Part shown: positions 18,992 through 29,134 of the stretch, piece after piece
How the letters are laid out: each line of letters starts with the position of its first letter
How positions within the stretch are numbered: position 1 is the first letter of the stretch
Assembly: GCA_036653075.1 (NCBI GenBank)
Contig: JAVVUQ010000003.1
Span: 1 to 41,245, forward strand
DNA: 41,245 bases
Direction: 5' to 3'
DNA from: Clostridia bacterium
GTDB lineage: Bacteria > Bacillota > Clostridia > Christensenellales > CAG-314
Notes under the pieces: generated by a model
Told to the model about the DNA's origin: nothing
Database searches by the model: none
Seen by the model: only the letters and a program-made list of their open reading frames with translations
Position numbers and translations under genes: made by a program

Positions 18992-19020
18992 ATTATACCA
19001 CAATATTATAATTTTTACAA
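18992..19020 (-). promoter_or_regulatory. SigA-type promoter with extended -10, giving a leader of about 320 nt
   Basis: TTGTAA-17-TATAAT with TG. Confidence 0.6.
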
Positions 19021-19253
19021 TTAAAAAGTGATATATTTAATAACTAATTGCATTTCAAGTTGAAATAATGTTTTACAATTATACTATTATGTGTTAAAAA
19101 CAAAAAAATATAAATTAAAGAGTAATACCATAATAAAGCAAACCTAAAGTATAATACAATAGGATGAGCATTATTAGATATTACTCTTTATTAATTTTTA
19201 TATATTAATATATTGAATAATATAGATATATTGATTTAATTATAATTTATTTT

Positions 19254-19574
19254 TTACATCGGTAAGTTTGGATAATCTGCTCCCATAACGCTATCTACAG
19301 GCAATGAAAATACGATACCGTTGCCTTTGTTGTGCATTGATGCTCGTTCATAAATAGCTTCCATTATAGTAACTTTCAAGCTATTGTCTACCATTATCAT
19401 TAGCATATTTTTCTCAGGGTCAATTGTAACGCCTAAAAATTTAATTGCTTCAGCTTTACCTGTGCCGCGCGCTGGGACAATTGTTCCGCCTGTTGCGCCC
19501 GCTTTTTTAGCCGCTGCCATTATCATATCGCCAAAACCTCTGTTTACAACGCCTATAATTAAAACTTTATTCAT
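19254..19574 (-). CDS. P-II family signal-transduction protein
   Basis: AGATGGT...RGTG, PEK, G.GIVFSLPV; start moved to ATG 19574 behind GGAGG. Confidence 0.9.
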   Translation of the reverse strand: MNKVLIIGVVNRGFGDMIMAAAKKAGATGGTIVPARGTGKAEAIKFLGVTIDPEKNMLMIMVDNSLKVTIMEAIYERASMHNKGNGIVFSLPVDSVMGADYPNLPM

Positions 19575-19702
19575 ATTGTACCTCCGTTCTATATTGGATA
19601 ATTTTGAATTTGTCATTTTTTATGCTCTATTTATTTGCTGTAATATACGTAGATTGATTTAATTAAAAAGTTTATAATAAATCGCATTTAATTGTATAGT
19701 TA

Positions 19703-21850
19703 TTACATTATATTCTTTTTATAAACAACTTTACTTAATCCGTGCCAAAAATGATGCCATTTTAATTTTACAATGTCCTCTTGTGTAAACTCGTCACATT
19801 TCAAAGTGCAATTACTACTTAAATTAAAGGCATATTCGCCAACTAATTCAACAGTGATAGGTATAATAACTTCCCTTATTTTTGATTCAAGGCAATCAAA
19901 AGCTCTCGCTCCAACTGTTTTTAAGGTAGATGGAATATCGATTGCGGTTAAAGCTTTACAATTTTGAAAAGCGGCAGCTTCAATAGTTTCGACTTTATTT
20001 AATGAAATAGTTTGTAATCCACTACAATCAGCGAATGATTTATAACGAATAGTGCGCAAACTGTCGGGGAAAGCGATACTTTTAAGCGAATCGCAGCCAT
20101 AGAATGCTTCATCTCCTAAAATTTTGAGATTAAAAGGCAACTTAACCATTTCCAATTTTGAGCAACCGCTAAAGGCTCTTTTATTGATGTGTTCAATAGT
20201 ATCGGGAAAATCTATTTTTTCAAGATTAGTTAATCCTTGAAACCCTTCAGATTGTATTATAACAACGGGTATGCCTTTATGCATTGCTGGAATTTCAAGG
20301 TAAGTAGCGTCAGCAGCTTGTTTTCCTTTTGCTACGCCATAGCCTGATACGCCTTCATAACCCATTAGAGAGAAGGTAAATACACTATTTTTTTCAATAA
20401 GTCTACCATAAATAGTAATATCCGAAGTAATAGTTTTTAAATAATCATCAATTTCGACTTGTGAATCTTTAAATGCCGACCAGCTTTCTATTTCATACGC
20501 ATTACCTTCAATAATAATGTCATCTGATGGAATATTGATAACTTTACAAGGTTTTCCAAATTCAACCTTATAAGAAGTAATGTCTACTTCTACGTCATTT
20601 AAATGACCAACAAATTTAACAGTATATTTTATGCCTTCACCAGAGCCATTATAATCATAAAAATCAGGAAATTCATTAGCCCACTCACTTTGCTTTTTTT
20701 GAATGGAGTTTTTACTTGCTTGCGTATAAATTGAAATATTCATATTACCTTGAAAAACATTATCGCCCAATTTTGTCAATTTTTTAGGTAAAAACACGGA
20801 TTTTAATTTTGCGCCTCTAAAGCAATTATTTCCAATTGAGGTTAAAGAAGAAGGGAATAAAAATTCGCTAAGGCTCATACAACCGCTAAAGGCATCATTT
20901 CCGATAGTTTCCAATCGGTTGTTAACACGAACATAAGTCAAATAATTACAGTTTTCAAATGCTCCATCGCTAATAACACGCAATGTTTCGGGTAAATAAA
21001 CTTCATTTATATTTTGCATATTAAACGCATCTTTAGCGATAGTGTTTATAGGCGCTTTAATGTCGACTTTTTTGTTGGTAAAATCAGCATAACAATTAAA
21101 TGTGCGTCCGTCTAAACTAATAATATTATTTTCAAATACCTTGAAAAATTTGTTATATTTATTGATAGTAATTTTAATAGCTGTTGAACGCTCTCCAAAA
21201 GCATTCCCAGCAATTGACTTAAGCGAATTTGGGAAAGTAATATTAGAAATAGGACAACCTTGAAAGGCGTTTGAAGCAATAATTTTTACTGATGATGAAA
21301 TAACTATTTCCTTTAATTTTCTGCAGCCCATAAAAGCGTTATCAGTAATTTCTACAATACCAAAAGGAATTATTACTTTTTCAACAGTGGAGGATATAGG
21401 CTCTAAAGCTGAGCCGTGTATCGCTAATATCTTTTCACCGCCACCGCTAATAGGAAAAACGATTGTAGTTGATTCTGTTTCACCTAAAAGACGTATGCTT
21501 TTACCAGCCTTAGAATTTTCAGGATCATAATAGGTTGAATATCCCCATTTTGCGTCTGTTACATTTTCCATAACAGCTTTAACCGTCGCAGAAGTTTTTA
21601 AATCACGTAATTCTTTGTCCCACTTAATAAAAACTTGTCCGTTTCTGTTTTTTACTTCTGGTTCAACAAATTCTTTACCATAAACCATTTCAACTGAACT
21701 TATCTCTGTTCCGTCAGGATAAACAAATTTAACGGTAAAAGGTTTGTTATATGTCACAAGAGCTATAATTATTCCACCAATAACCAATAGCGCTGCAATA
21801 CATATTAAAATAATCATTTTTTTGTTTTTTTGAATCGTTTTTGTATTCAT
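19703..21850 (-). CDS. BspA-like leucine-rich-repeat surface protein
   Basis: N-terminal TM anchor; many LxxIxxxAFxGCxxL repeats in two blocks, each preceded by a (F/Y)TVKF...W module. Confidence 0.92.
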   Translation of the reverse strand: MNTKTIQKNKKMIILICIAALLVIGGIIIALVTYNKPFTVKFVYPDGTEISSVEMVYGKEFVEPEVKNRNGQVFIKWDKELRDLKTSATVKAVMENVTDAKWGYSTYYDPENSKAGKSIRLLGETESTTIVFPISGGGEKILAIHGSALEPISSTVEKVIIPFGIVEITDNAFMGCRKLKEIVISSSVKIIASNAFQGCPISNITFPNSLKSIAGNAFGERSTAIKITINKYNKFFKVFENNIISLDGRTFNCYADFTNKKVDIKAPINTIAKDAFNMQNINEVYLPETLRVISDGAFENCNYLTYVRVNNRLETIGNDAFSGCMSLSEFLFPSSLTSIGNNCFRGAKLKSVFLPKKLTKLGDNVFQGNMNISIYTQASKNSIQKKQSEWANEFPDFYDYNGSGEGIKYTVKFVGHLNDVEVDITSYKVEFGKPCKVINIPSDDIIIEGNAYEIESWSAFKDSQVEIDDYLKTITSDITIYGRLIEKNSVFTFSLMGYEGVSGYGVAKGKQAADATYLEIPAMHKGIPVVIIQSEGFQGLTNLEKIDFPDTIEHINKRAFSGCSKLEMVKLPFNLKILGDEAFYGCDSLKSIAFPDSLRTIRYKSFADCSGLQTISLNKVETIEAAAFQNCKALTAIDIPSTLKTVGARAFDCLESKIREVIIPITVELVGEYAFNLSSNCTLKCDEFTQEDIVKLKWHHFWHGLSKVVYKKNIM

Positions 21851-22062
21851 ATTTGTCCTCGATATAATATTTTTATTATTGATATTTGAATTTTTAGCGT
21901 ACCCTCATTTAATTTAAAATTAAATTACATTTAGATAAACACAATTAAATAGTGATTTGATATTAAAATATTAAAGTTAACTTATCTTTAATTTATACAA
22001 AAACATAGTTTAAATTTAATAATTTAACATTGAGATTGATTTTTAATTATGTTATATTTACT

Positions 22063-22091
22063 ATTATACTTTATTTCTTCAAACTTGTCAA
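22063..22091 (-). promoter_or_regulatory. Consensus SigA promoter for the LRR gene
   Basis: TTGACA-17-TATAAT. Confidence 0.7.
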
Positions 22092-22275
22092 TAACAGTAG
22101 ACAGATTTATGGAAACTATGTTAAAATAATATATCGGCATTCGCTTGCCGTTATTTTTTGTTACATTTTTTGTAGCGATTAATAATTATATCATTATAAT
22201 CTGTCAAAAATCTTACTTAGCAACCTTTTGAAAAATATATTGTTAATTTAGTTCGCTATTAACTATTTTAAAAAT

Positions 22276-22365
22276 AAAAAAATATAAAAATAATCATAAA
22301 TATAAAGGTAAGAATAAATAAAAATATAAAAATAATCATAAATGCAAAGGTTAAGAATAAATAAA
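22276..22365. repeat. 2 x 42-bp tandem duplication
   Basis: AATATAAAAATAATCATAAAT..AAAGGT at 22281 and 22323. Confidence 0.8.
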
Positions 22366-22408
22366 GTTATTGGAATTATCTTTAATTATTGTAAACAGGG
22401 GTTTTGAA

Positions 22409-23599
22409 ATGAGTACAAAAATAGATTTAAGTCATATTGTCACAGAAGAAAAAGCAGCCGAAAAGTTAGCTGAATCAAGAGCGGCGTATGAAAAATTGAC
22501 AAAAAAGGGCAGTAAAAGCAAAAAGTGGATGTCCATATTATTATTGGCGGTTAATGTTGTCGTTGTCGCAGTTATTGCTGCGTTAGAATTTGGCGGAAAC
22601 AAAGAAACTGTTCCATTTAAAACTGTTTTTTCTACCTGGGGAATGAATTGGCCATTTTTGATTTGTATTTTAGGAATGATTATTATTTATTATTTAACAG
22701 ATATTTTACGTTCGGCAGTTTTAATAAAAAATTCAACAGGGCATTTTCACTTTAAAGAGGCTACAAAGTCATCGTTATTATGCAAATATTATGATAATAT
22801 AACTCCATTTGGTTCGGGCGGGCAACCTTTTCAAATGTATTACCTATCTAAAAGCCTTCCTATTGGCGTAGCTACAAGTTTACCATTGATTATTTTATCT
22901 ATTTCACAAATTGTATTTTTTATAATAGCTGTTGTGAATTTTATAATTTTTCCTTCGGCTGTATCAAGTTATGTAAAAATAGCCTCCTATTTTGGAGTCT
23001 TTTTGTATATTTTAGTCCCTATTGCCGTTCTTTTTTTCTCTCTAATGCCTAAGTTGATGTCAAGCATTCTCAAATGGTTATTAAAAATAGGCGTAAAATT
23101 GAAACTTATTAAAGATTATGATAAAAAGCTGAACAAAACTCTCAATACTTTAACTGAATATAGGTTGGTTTTTAAAGATTTGGGAAAAAGTTTTTGGACT
23201 ATATTTATATGCGCCGCCCTATCAGTATTGCACCATTATTCGATTATGTCAATTCCATATTTTGTAATGCGTGTCAGCGGAATCAACGTAAGTTGGGTAG
23301 AAATTACAGTTATGACCATCTATATTTACGCTGCGATTACTTTTATTCCTACGCCTGGAAATAGCGGTGCGGCGGAAGGTACGTTTTATGCGCTCTTTAG
23401 CATTTTGCAAGGAGGATATCTATTTTGGGGAATGATGCTTTGGCGGTTTTCTGTCTTTTATTTGATAATTATCGTCGGATTGGTTTTAATTTTTGTGGAT
23501 TACGTAATTAGATTTAAACGCATTAGCCGTGTTACTGCCGAATTAGAAGCTGCCGAAAATAGACATAAAGAAATTATCGAAAGCAATAGAAAACAATAA
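22409..23599 (+). CDS. Lysylphosphatidylglycerol synthase TM-domain (UPF0104, flippase-like) membrane protein
   Basis: ITPFGSGGQP, PTPGNSGAAEG, LWRF motifs; many TM helices; start taken at ATG 22409. Confidence 0.9.
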   Translation: MSTKIDLSHIVTEEKAAEKLAESRAAYEKLTKKGSKSKKWMSILLLAVNVVVVAVIAALEFGGNKETVPFKTVFSTWGMNWPFLICILGMIIIYYLTDILRSAVLIKNSTGHFHFKEATKSSLLCKYYDNITPFGSGGQPFQMYYLSKSLPIGVATSLPLIILSISQIVFFIIAVVNFIIFPSAVSSYVKIASYFGVFLYILVPIAVLFFSLMPKLMSSILKWLLKIGVKLKLIKDYDKKLNKTLNTLTEYRLVFKDLGKSFWTIFICAALSVLHHYSIMSIPYFVMRVSGINVSWVEITVMTIYIYAAITFIPTPGNSGAAEGTFYALFSILQGGYLFWGMMLWRFSVFYLIIIVGLVLIFVDYVIRFKRISRVTAELEAAENRHKEIIESNRKQ

Positions 23600-23683
23600 A
23601 AGTTATAAAAAACAATAGAAATCAATAATAAACTATAAAAAATAATAGAAAAAGATGAAAGTTATCGGAAATAGAATAAATAA
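23571..23683. repeat. About 4 degenerate 29-30-bp tandem units starting within the gene 3' end
   Basis: AAATTATCGAAAGCAATAGAAAACAATAA followed by AAGTTATAAAAAACAATAGAAATCAATAA and further decayed copies. Confidence 0.65.
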
Positions 23684-23722
23684 CTACAATAGTTATAAGG
23701 TATTATTAAATAGAGGGTAAGT

Positions 23723-24304
23723 ATGTATCTAATTATAGGGTTGGGTAATATAGATAAGCAATATTTAAACACCTATCATAATTTAGGGTTTATGTGCGCT
23801 GATTATATAGCGAAATTATTAGGAGTGGAATTTTCGAAAGGAGAATGTCGAGCTATCACTGCGCATACTAAAGTTAACGGAGAAAAGGTTATTATTGCAA
23901 AGCCAATCACGTATATGAATTTATCGGGAGATAGTGTTATTGAGCTTGTAAACAAATATAAAATTGAGCAAGATAAATTTTTGGTTATATATGATGATAT
24001 AGATATTCCGATAGGGAGCGTACGCATTCGTGAAAATGGTAGCGCAGGAACGCATAATGGAATGAGAAGTATTGTCAGTCGTTGTAATACAACTCAGTTT
24101 AGTCGTATAAGAATAGGAACAGGACGACCGCCACGTGATGAAATGGACTTGGCTGATTTTGTTTTATCGCAAATTTCGCAACAGTCGCATATTATTTTAG
24201 ATGGAGCGATTGAGAGGGGGGCAAAAGCAGCGGTTGAATTTGCTAATGGAATGCCAATACTAAAAGTTATGGAAAAATTCAATTTAAGAGTTGAACAAAA
24301 TTAA
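23723..24304 (+). CDS. pth: Peptidyl-tRNA hydrolase
   Basis: GLGN, HNLGF, KP.TYMNLSG, DDID, GSAGTHNG, RIRIG; upstream of mfd. Confidence 0.97.
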   Translation: MYLIIGLGNIDKQYLNTYHNLGFMCADYIAKLLGVEFSKGECRAITAHTKVNGEKVIIAKPITYMNLSGDSVIELVNKYKIEQDKFLVIYDDIDIPIGSVRIRENGSAGTHNGMRSIVSRCNTTQFSRIRIGTGRPPRDEMDLADFVLSQISQQSHIILDGAIERGAKAAVEFANGMPILKVMEKFNLRVEQN

Positions 24305-24360
24305 ATAAAATGATATAGAATCAATAATTATAAACAATAATTAAAAGGAATAAAAAGGTA

Positions 24361-24490
24361 ATAATTAAAAAAACAATTTAAAACAATTAAAGATAAATAA
24401 AAATAATTAAAAACGATTTAAAACAATTAAAGACAAATAAAAATACTTAAAAACAATTAAAAACGATAAAAGATAAATAAAAACACTATT
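24361..24490. repeat. 3 x 40-bp tandem repeat built of 10-bp subunits
   Basis: AAACAATTTA AAACAATTAA AGATAAATAA AAATAATTAA recurring at 24371, 24411 and 24451. Confidence 0.85.
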
Positions 24491-24530
24491 TAAAAGATTA
24501 ATTATGTAAGATTAAATAAAACTGGAAAAA

Positions 24531-27500
24531 TTGATGTTTACTGATTTAAAGTTATATAATAGTTATAAAAAAATACTTGATAATGTCCGTAGTGAAAAAA
24601 ATACGGCAATTTTTGGCGTTCAAAGTGGTGAGAGGGCGTTTATAGCTAATGGATTAGAGAAGTTTGTATTGTATGTTGCTACGGATTACATTGAAGCGAA
24701 GAAGGCGGAGCGAGCTTTAAATGCAATTGGAAAAGAATACAAATATCTTCCATTTAAAGATGATGTTTTGTTATACAAAAAAAATGCAAATCATCATCAA
24801 TGCGCTTTAAAGAACGCTGTTTTATACGGAATAAACAATGGATTAAACGGAGTAATAGTCAGTGTTGAAGGGCTTGCTCAAATTTATCCTAATAAAGAAC
24901 TATTTATGCAATCGGTTATACGTATAAAAGATGGTGACACGATAGATTTAAAGATTTTATGTGAAAAGTTAATTAAAGCAGGATACGAGCGAGCGCCATT
25001 GGTATCGGTTGCGGGTGAATTTAGTTTAAGAGGAGATATTTTAGATGTTTTTTCGCCGATAGATGATGACCCTGTTAGAATAGAGTTTTTTGATAATTTG
25101 GTTGAAAATGTAAAATACTTTGATGTAGAAACGCACACATCTATAGGCGTAGCAAAAAAAGTGGATATTGTTCCTATAAAAGAGTATTTTGAACAAACTG
25201 AAAATGCTGCTTTAAAAAATGCAAAAAATGCTGCAAAAAAATTGAATTTAAAACCTGATGCGGCAATACGAGCGGCTACTATTTTATCAGAACTGGAAAT
25301 AGATAGTGACAATGATTGGTTGTTACCTTATACAGATTATTCAACATTAATGGATTATCTACCGCAAAATGCTGTTATTGTTTGGCAAGAGCCCAAGCAG
25401 CTTATAGACCGAACGGAACGATATTATAATGAGCATTACACACGAACAGAATATCTTATAGAGCGAGGCGAATTGCTTAGCGGAGGTGTAAACGCTTTAA
25501 TCAATAAAGAAGATTTATTTAAAACAAAAGTTGTTAGCGTGGCGTTTATGGCGTTAACAGCGTCGAGTTTTTTTAAGGCGCAAGATATTGTAAATTTACA
25601 AAATAGCGCATTGCAATCATACAAAAGTAATTTAGATATATTAAGTAGCGATATAAAACGATGGCTTGCCGATGGTTACAAAGTGGGCATATTTGTTGGC
25701 GCTAACGAAAAAGCAGAGCGACTGAGGTTAGAGCTATATAACAGAGATTGTCCGTTGAAAGTAACGGCTGATACTAACGATTCATTGATAAATGGTTGTA
25801 TTATAAGTAGCGATTTTGCCGATGGATTTATAAGCCACAGTAATAAATTAGTATTAGTTGGTGAAAGCCAACTTTATGCTGCCGTTATACCCACGCAAAA
25901 GAAACTCAGAAAATCGCAAAAACAAGCCTTTTTAACGGTAGAAGCTGGCGATTATGTAGTACACGACATACACGGTATAGGTTTATGCGCTGGAACAACA
26001 GTAATCAAAGGCGAGTTTGGCGAAAAAGATTATATTGTTGTAAAGTATAGAAATAACGATACGCTTTATGTCCCCGTTGAATCAAGCAATTTACTCAGTA
26101 AATTTAGCGGTAAAGAAAGCGAACCTAAGCTTTCAGCGTTAGGTGGAGGGGAATTTGAGCGTATAAAAGCTCGAGTTAAATCTAAACTTAAAGAACTTGC
26201 TATTGACCTATTAAAACTGTATAGCGAACGTATGCATAAAAGGGGATATACTTATCGTTGCGACCAAGGATTGATGGACAGTTTTGCTCAAGCTTTTTTA
26301 TATAGAGAAACAGACGACCAATTACGTTGCATTGAAGAAGTCGAAAAGGACTTAAATAGCGATAAAATAATGGATAGATTACTTGTAGGCGACGTTGGAT
26401 TTGGTAAAACAGAAGTAGCGATGCGAGCTGTATTTAAAGTTACTGCAAACGGATATCAAGCGTTAGTTCTTGCGCCTACAACTATATTATCGCAACAACA
26501 TTATGAAACGTTTAAAGAGCGTTTCGATCCATTTGGAATTAAAGTTGTTTGTTTAAATCGGTTTAGGAGCAAACAAGAACAAACAGAGATAATAAAAAAA
26601 ATAGCAAATGGCGAAGCAGAAGTTATTATCGGCACTCATAGACTGCTTAATAAAGCTGTAATTTACAAAAATCCTGGATTGTTAGTTTTAGATGAAGAAC
26701 AGCGATTTGGAGTTGAACATAAAGAAATATTAAAAACAATAAAAACCAATTTGGACGTATTGTCAATGTCGGCTACGCCAATACCACGTACTTTGCATAT
26801 GGCGCTAACGGGAATGAGAGATATAAGCACTATTTCCACACCGCCTAAGGAACGTTTACCAGTTGAAAGTTTTGTAGTCGAAGATAGTTCCGCTCTTATT
26901 CGAGATGTAATTTTACGTGAAATTTCTCGTAATGGACAAGTTTTTATTGTTTACAATCGTGTAGATTCTATTGACGCTTTTACCTTTAGAATATGCGAGC
27001 TTGTTCCTGAAGCGCGTATTGTTATTGCGCATGGGCAAATGCAAGAGTCAAAATTAGAGCAAACCGTGTACGAATTTACAAAGCACCAAGCAGACGTTCT
27101 TATAAGCACTACAATAATAGAAAATGGTATCGATATTCCCAACGCTAATACTCTTATTGTTTACGACGCTGATAAATTAGGACTTTCACAATTATATCAA
27201 TTGCGGGGGAGAGTAGGTAGAAGTAATAAATTAGCTTTCGCTTATTTTATTTATCGTGAGCAAAAAGTGCTTAGCGACGAAGCGTATAAAAGATTAACTT
27301 CTATTATGGAAAACACTGAATTAGGCAGCGGTTTTAAAATTGCAATGAAAGATTTGGAAATTAGAGGCGCAGGTAATGTCCTTGGTCGGGAACAACACGG
27401 ACATATGGAAAAAGTTGGATACGATACGTACGTTAAATTACTCAGCGAAGTAGTAGCAGAAATAAAAGGCGACCCTATAAAAAAGAAAGTCAATACTATT

Positions 27501-27953
27501 ATGGACGTTGACATAGATACGCACGTTCCAGTGGAATACATTGGCGATAGCAACGGTAGAATGGAGTTTTATCAGCGTTTAGCAAATATTACAAATAAAG
27601 CCGATAAAATTAAATTGTTATCGGAACTTAAAGATATCTATGGAGAAACTCCAAAACCCGTTTTGAACCTTTTAGACGTAGCGCACGTAAAAGCTATCGC
27701 TAATCAATTGGGAATTTGCGAGGTAATAATAAAACAAAATAATACTCGTATTATTTTTGCTTCGCCTGAAGATATAAAAACCGACGGAATTCGTTACGCT
27801 TTAAAATTGTTTGATAAACTTGCTCGCCTTTCTACTGTCGGCGACAAATTAGCCGTTGCTTTTAACTTGAAAAGTAAATCGACTCGCTATTGCTTAACAG
27901 CGATACGCGCCTTTTGCGAATCTGCAATAAACGAAGAGTATGATAAAGAATAA
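24531..27953 (+). CDS. mfd: Transcription-repair coupling factor
   Basis: UvrB-like module (RGDILD), GDYVVH..HGIG, GDVGFGKTEVA, DEEQRFG, SATPIPRT, QLRGRVGR, DLEIRGAG. Confidence 0.98.
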   Translation: MMFTDLKLYNSYKKILDNVRSEKNTAIFGVQSGERAFIANGLEKFVLYVATDYIEAKKAERALNAIGKEYKYLPFKDDVLLYKKNANHHQCALKNAVLYGINNGLNGVIVSVEGLAQIYPNKELFMQSVIRIKDGDTIDLKILCEKLIKAGYERAPLVSVAGEFSLRGDILDVFSPIDDDPVRIEFFDNLVENVKYFDVETHTSIGVAKKVDIVPIKEYFEQTENAALKNAKNAAKKLNLKPDAAIRAATILSELEIDSDNDWLLPYTDYSTLMDYLPQNAVIVWQEPKQLIDRTERYYNEHYTRTEYLIERGELLSGGVNALINKEDLFKTKVVSVAFMALTASSFFKAQDIVNLQNSALQSYKSNLDILSSDIKRWLADGYKVGIFVGANEKAERLRLELYNRDCPLKVTADTNDSLINGCIISSDFADGFISHSNKLVLVGESQLYAAVIPTQKKLRKSQKQAFLTVEAGDYVVHDIHGIGLCAGTTVIKGEFGEKDYIVVKYRNNDTLYVPVESSNLLSKFSGKESEPKLSALGGGEFERIKARVKSKLKELAIDLLKLYSERMHKRGYTYRCDQGLMDSFAQAFLYRETDDQLRCIEEVEKDLNSDKIMDRLLVGDVGFGKTEVAMRAVFKVTANGYQALVLAPTTILSQQHYETFKERFDPFGIKVVCLNRFRSKQEQTEIIKKIANGEAEVIIGTHRLLNKAVIYKNPGLLVLDEEQRFGVEHKEILKTIKTNLDVLSMSATPIPRTLHMALTGMRDISTISTPPKERLPVESFVVEDSSALIRDVILREISRNGQVFIVYNRVDSIDAFTFRICELVPEARIVIAHGQMQESKLEQTVYEFTKHQADVLISTTIIENGIDIPNANTLIVYDADKLGLSQLYQLRGRVGRSNKLAFAYFIYREQKVLSDEAYKRLTSIMENTELGSGFKIAMKDLEIRGAGNVLGREQHGHMEKVGYDTYVKLLSEVVAEIKGDPIKKKVNTIMDVDIDTHVPVEYIGDSNGRMEFYQRLANITNKADKIKLLSELKDIYGETPKPVLNLLDVAHVKAIANQLGICEVIIKQNNTRIIFASPEDIKTDGIRYALKLFDKLARLSTVGDKLAVAFNLKSKSTRYCLTAIRAFCESAINEEYDKE

Positions 27954-27993
27954 TTTTAAAAAAAATTGTATGACTAAACTACATAGAAAATAA

Positions 27994-28038
27994 AAAACTT
28001 CGCTTATTTCCGTTTTATATCGAAATAAGCGAAGTTTT
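27994..28038. terminator. Bidirectional terminator between mfd and tRNA-Val
   Basis: 17-bp perfect inverted repeat AAAACTTCGCTTATTTC / GAAATAAGCGAAGTTTT between convergent genes. Confidence 0.85.
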
Positions 28039-28042
28039 ATTT

Positions 28043-28118
28043 TGGTGGGCAGTAAGAGACTCGAACTCCCGACCCTCTCCACGTCAAGGAGATGCTCTCC
28101 CAACTGAGCTAACTGCCC
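28043..28118 (-). tRNA. tRNA-Val(GAC)
   Basis: 76 nt GGGCAGTTAGCTCAGTTGGGAGAGCA-TCTCC TT GAC GT GGAGA-GGGTCGGGAGTTCGAGTCTCTTACTGCCCACCA with encoded CCA. Confidence 0.97.
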
Positions 28119-28129
28119 TTAATGCCATT

Positions 28130-28158
28130 AGTATAATATATTATAATAAATTTGTCAA
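28130..28158 (-). promoter_or_regulatory. SigA promoter of tRNA-Val
   Basis: TTGACA-17-TATACT ending 11 nt before the tRNA 5' end. Confidence 0.8.
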
Positions 28159-28332
28159 GAAAAGAAATAAAAAGTTTAAATAATAAAATAAATAGTTTTA
28201 AATAATTAAATGAAAAGCTTTAGATAATAAATTAAAAGCTTTAGATAAATGAAAATAAAGATTAGATAAATGAAATAATTATTTTAGTAATTTGTTTTTT
28301 TAATTATTAATATAAATATTATGAAGTAACTA

Positions 28333-28361
28333 TTGATTTGGAAGAAAGAATATGTTATAAT
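28333..28361 (+). promoter_or_regulatory. SigA-type promoter with extended -10
   Basis: TTGATT-17-TATAAT with TG. Confidence 0.6.
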
Positions 28362-28461
28362 ATATAAAATATACTTAAGAGGGCATTGACAAGAAAAAAA
28401 CAAAAGTTTAATGAAATTAGATGAAATATCTATAAATCGATAATGGTTTAGGGAGGTAATT

Positions 28462-29028
28462 ATGTATTATCATTGTTCTTTAATAGGCGGATTAAAAGTC
28501 ATAACGCCAGCTGTTACAAAATATTTTGATAAATCAAATCAAGTATTTGTAACGACGAATTTATCGATAGCGTTGTTATATTCTATTATTAATTTTGAAT
28601 ATACTTGCGGATATGAAAAGAATGGAAAAGTATATTTTGACGAGTATTATCCCAACGCTTTTGAAATGCTGTATAAAGAGAAAAAAGTATCATTGTATAT
28701 CTGTGAAGAAAAAAGCAGTTATGTACAAACAGAAAACGCTAACGAATATTTCAGTAACGATTCAGTCGCTGTCATCGAGGAATTGGTGATTTATGATGTA
28801 TATGAAAAGCTGTTAGAGCTTGAAAAATGCAAAAAAATTATAATAAATCGTTATGCGGATATGTCGAATGAAATGAAAAATTGGATTGTGAATTTTGAAA
28901 AGGATATTATTATACAAAAAAATGCGCTTAATTGCAACAACGAATATGCGTTATATTTAAAAACGCATTACGCAGAGAGTTGGAAATTAGCTGAAGCAGA
29001 AATGAATGGTACGATAAATAAAGAATAA
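28462..29028 (+). CDS. Hypothetical protein, possible ADP-ribosyltransferase-like fold
   Basis: Strong GGAGGT RBS; YYH.S...L..I.P...VFVT....A..Y pattern. Confidence 0.75.
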   Translation: MYYHCSLIGGLKVITPAVTKYFDKSNQVFVTTNLSIALLYSIINFEYTCGYEKNGKVYFDEYYPNAFEMLYKEKKVSLYICEEKSSYVQTENANEYFSNDSVAVIEELVIYDVYEKLLELEKCKKIIINRYADMSNEMKNWIVNFEKDIIIQKNALNCNNEYALYLKTHYAESWKLAEAEMNGTINKE

Positions 29029-29134
29029 TAAAACTATTATTGATACCATATCATTTCACTTTATGTAATGTCAATGCAAATATTGGCATAGTTACAAAAT
29101 AATAGCATATAAATTATGATGCAAAGGAGTATTT

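Noticed and set aside
21850-22409. Strand switch as replication origin
   Set aside because: No TTATCCACA DnaA-box cluster or dnaA/dnaN seen; it is explained as a divergent promoter region.
27894-28103. 69-aa minus-strand ORF
   Set aside because: It reads through tRNA-Val and the terminator, so it is spurious.
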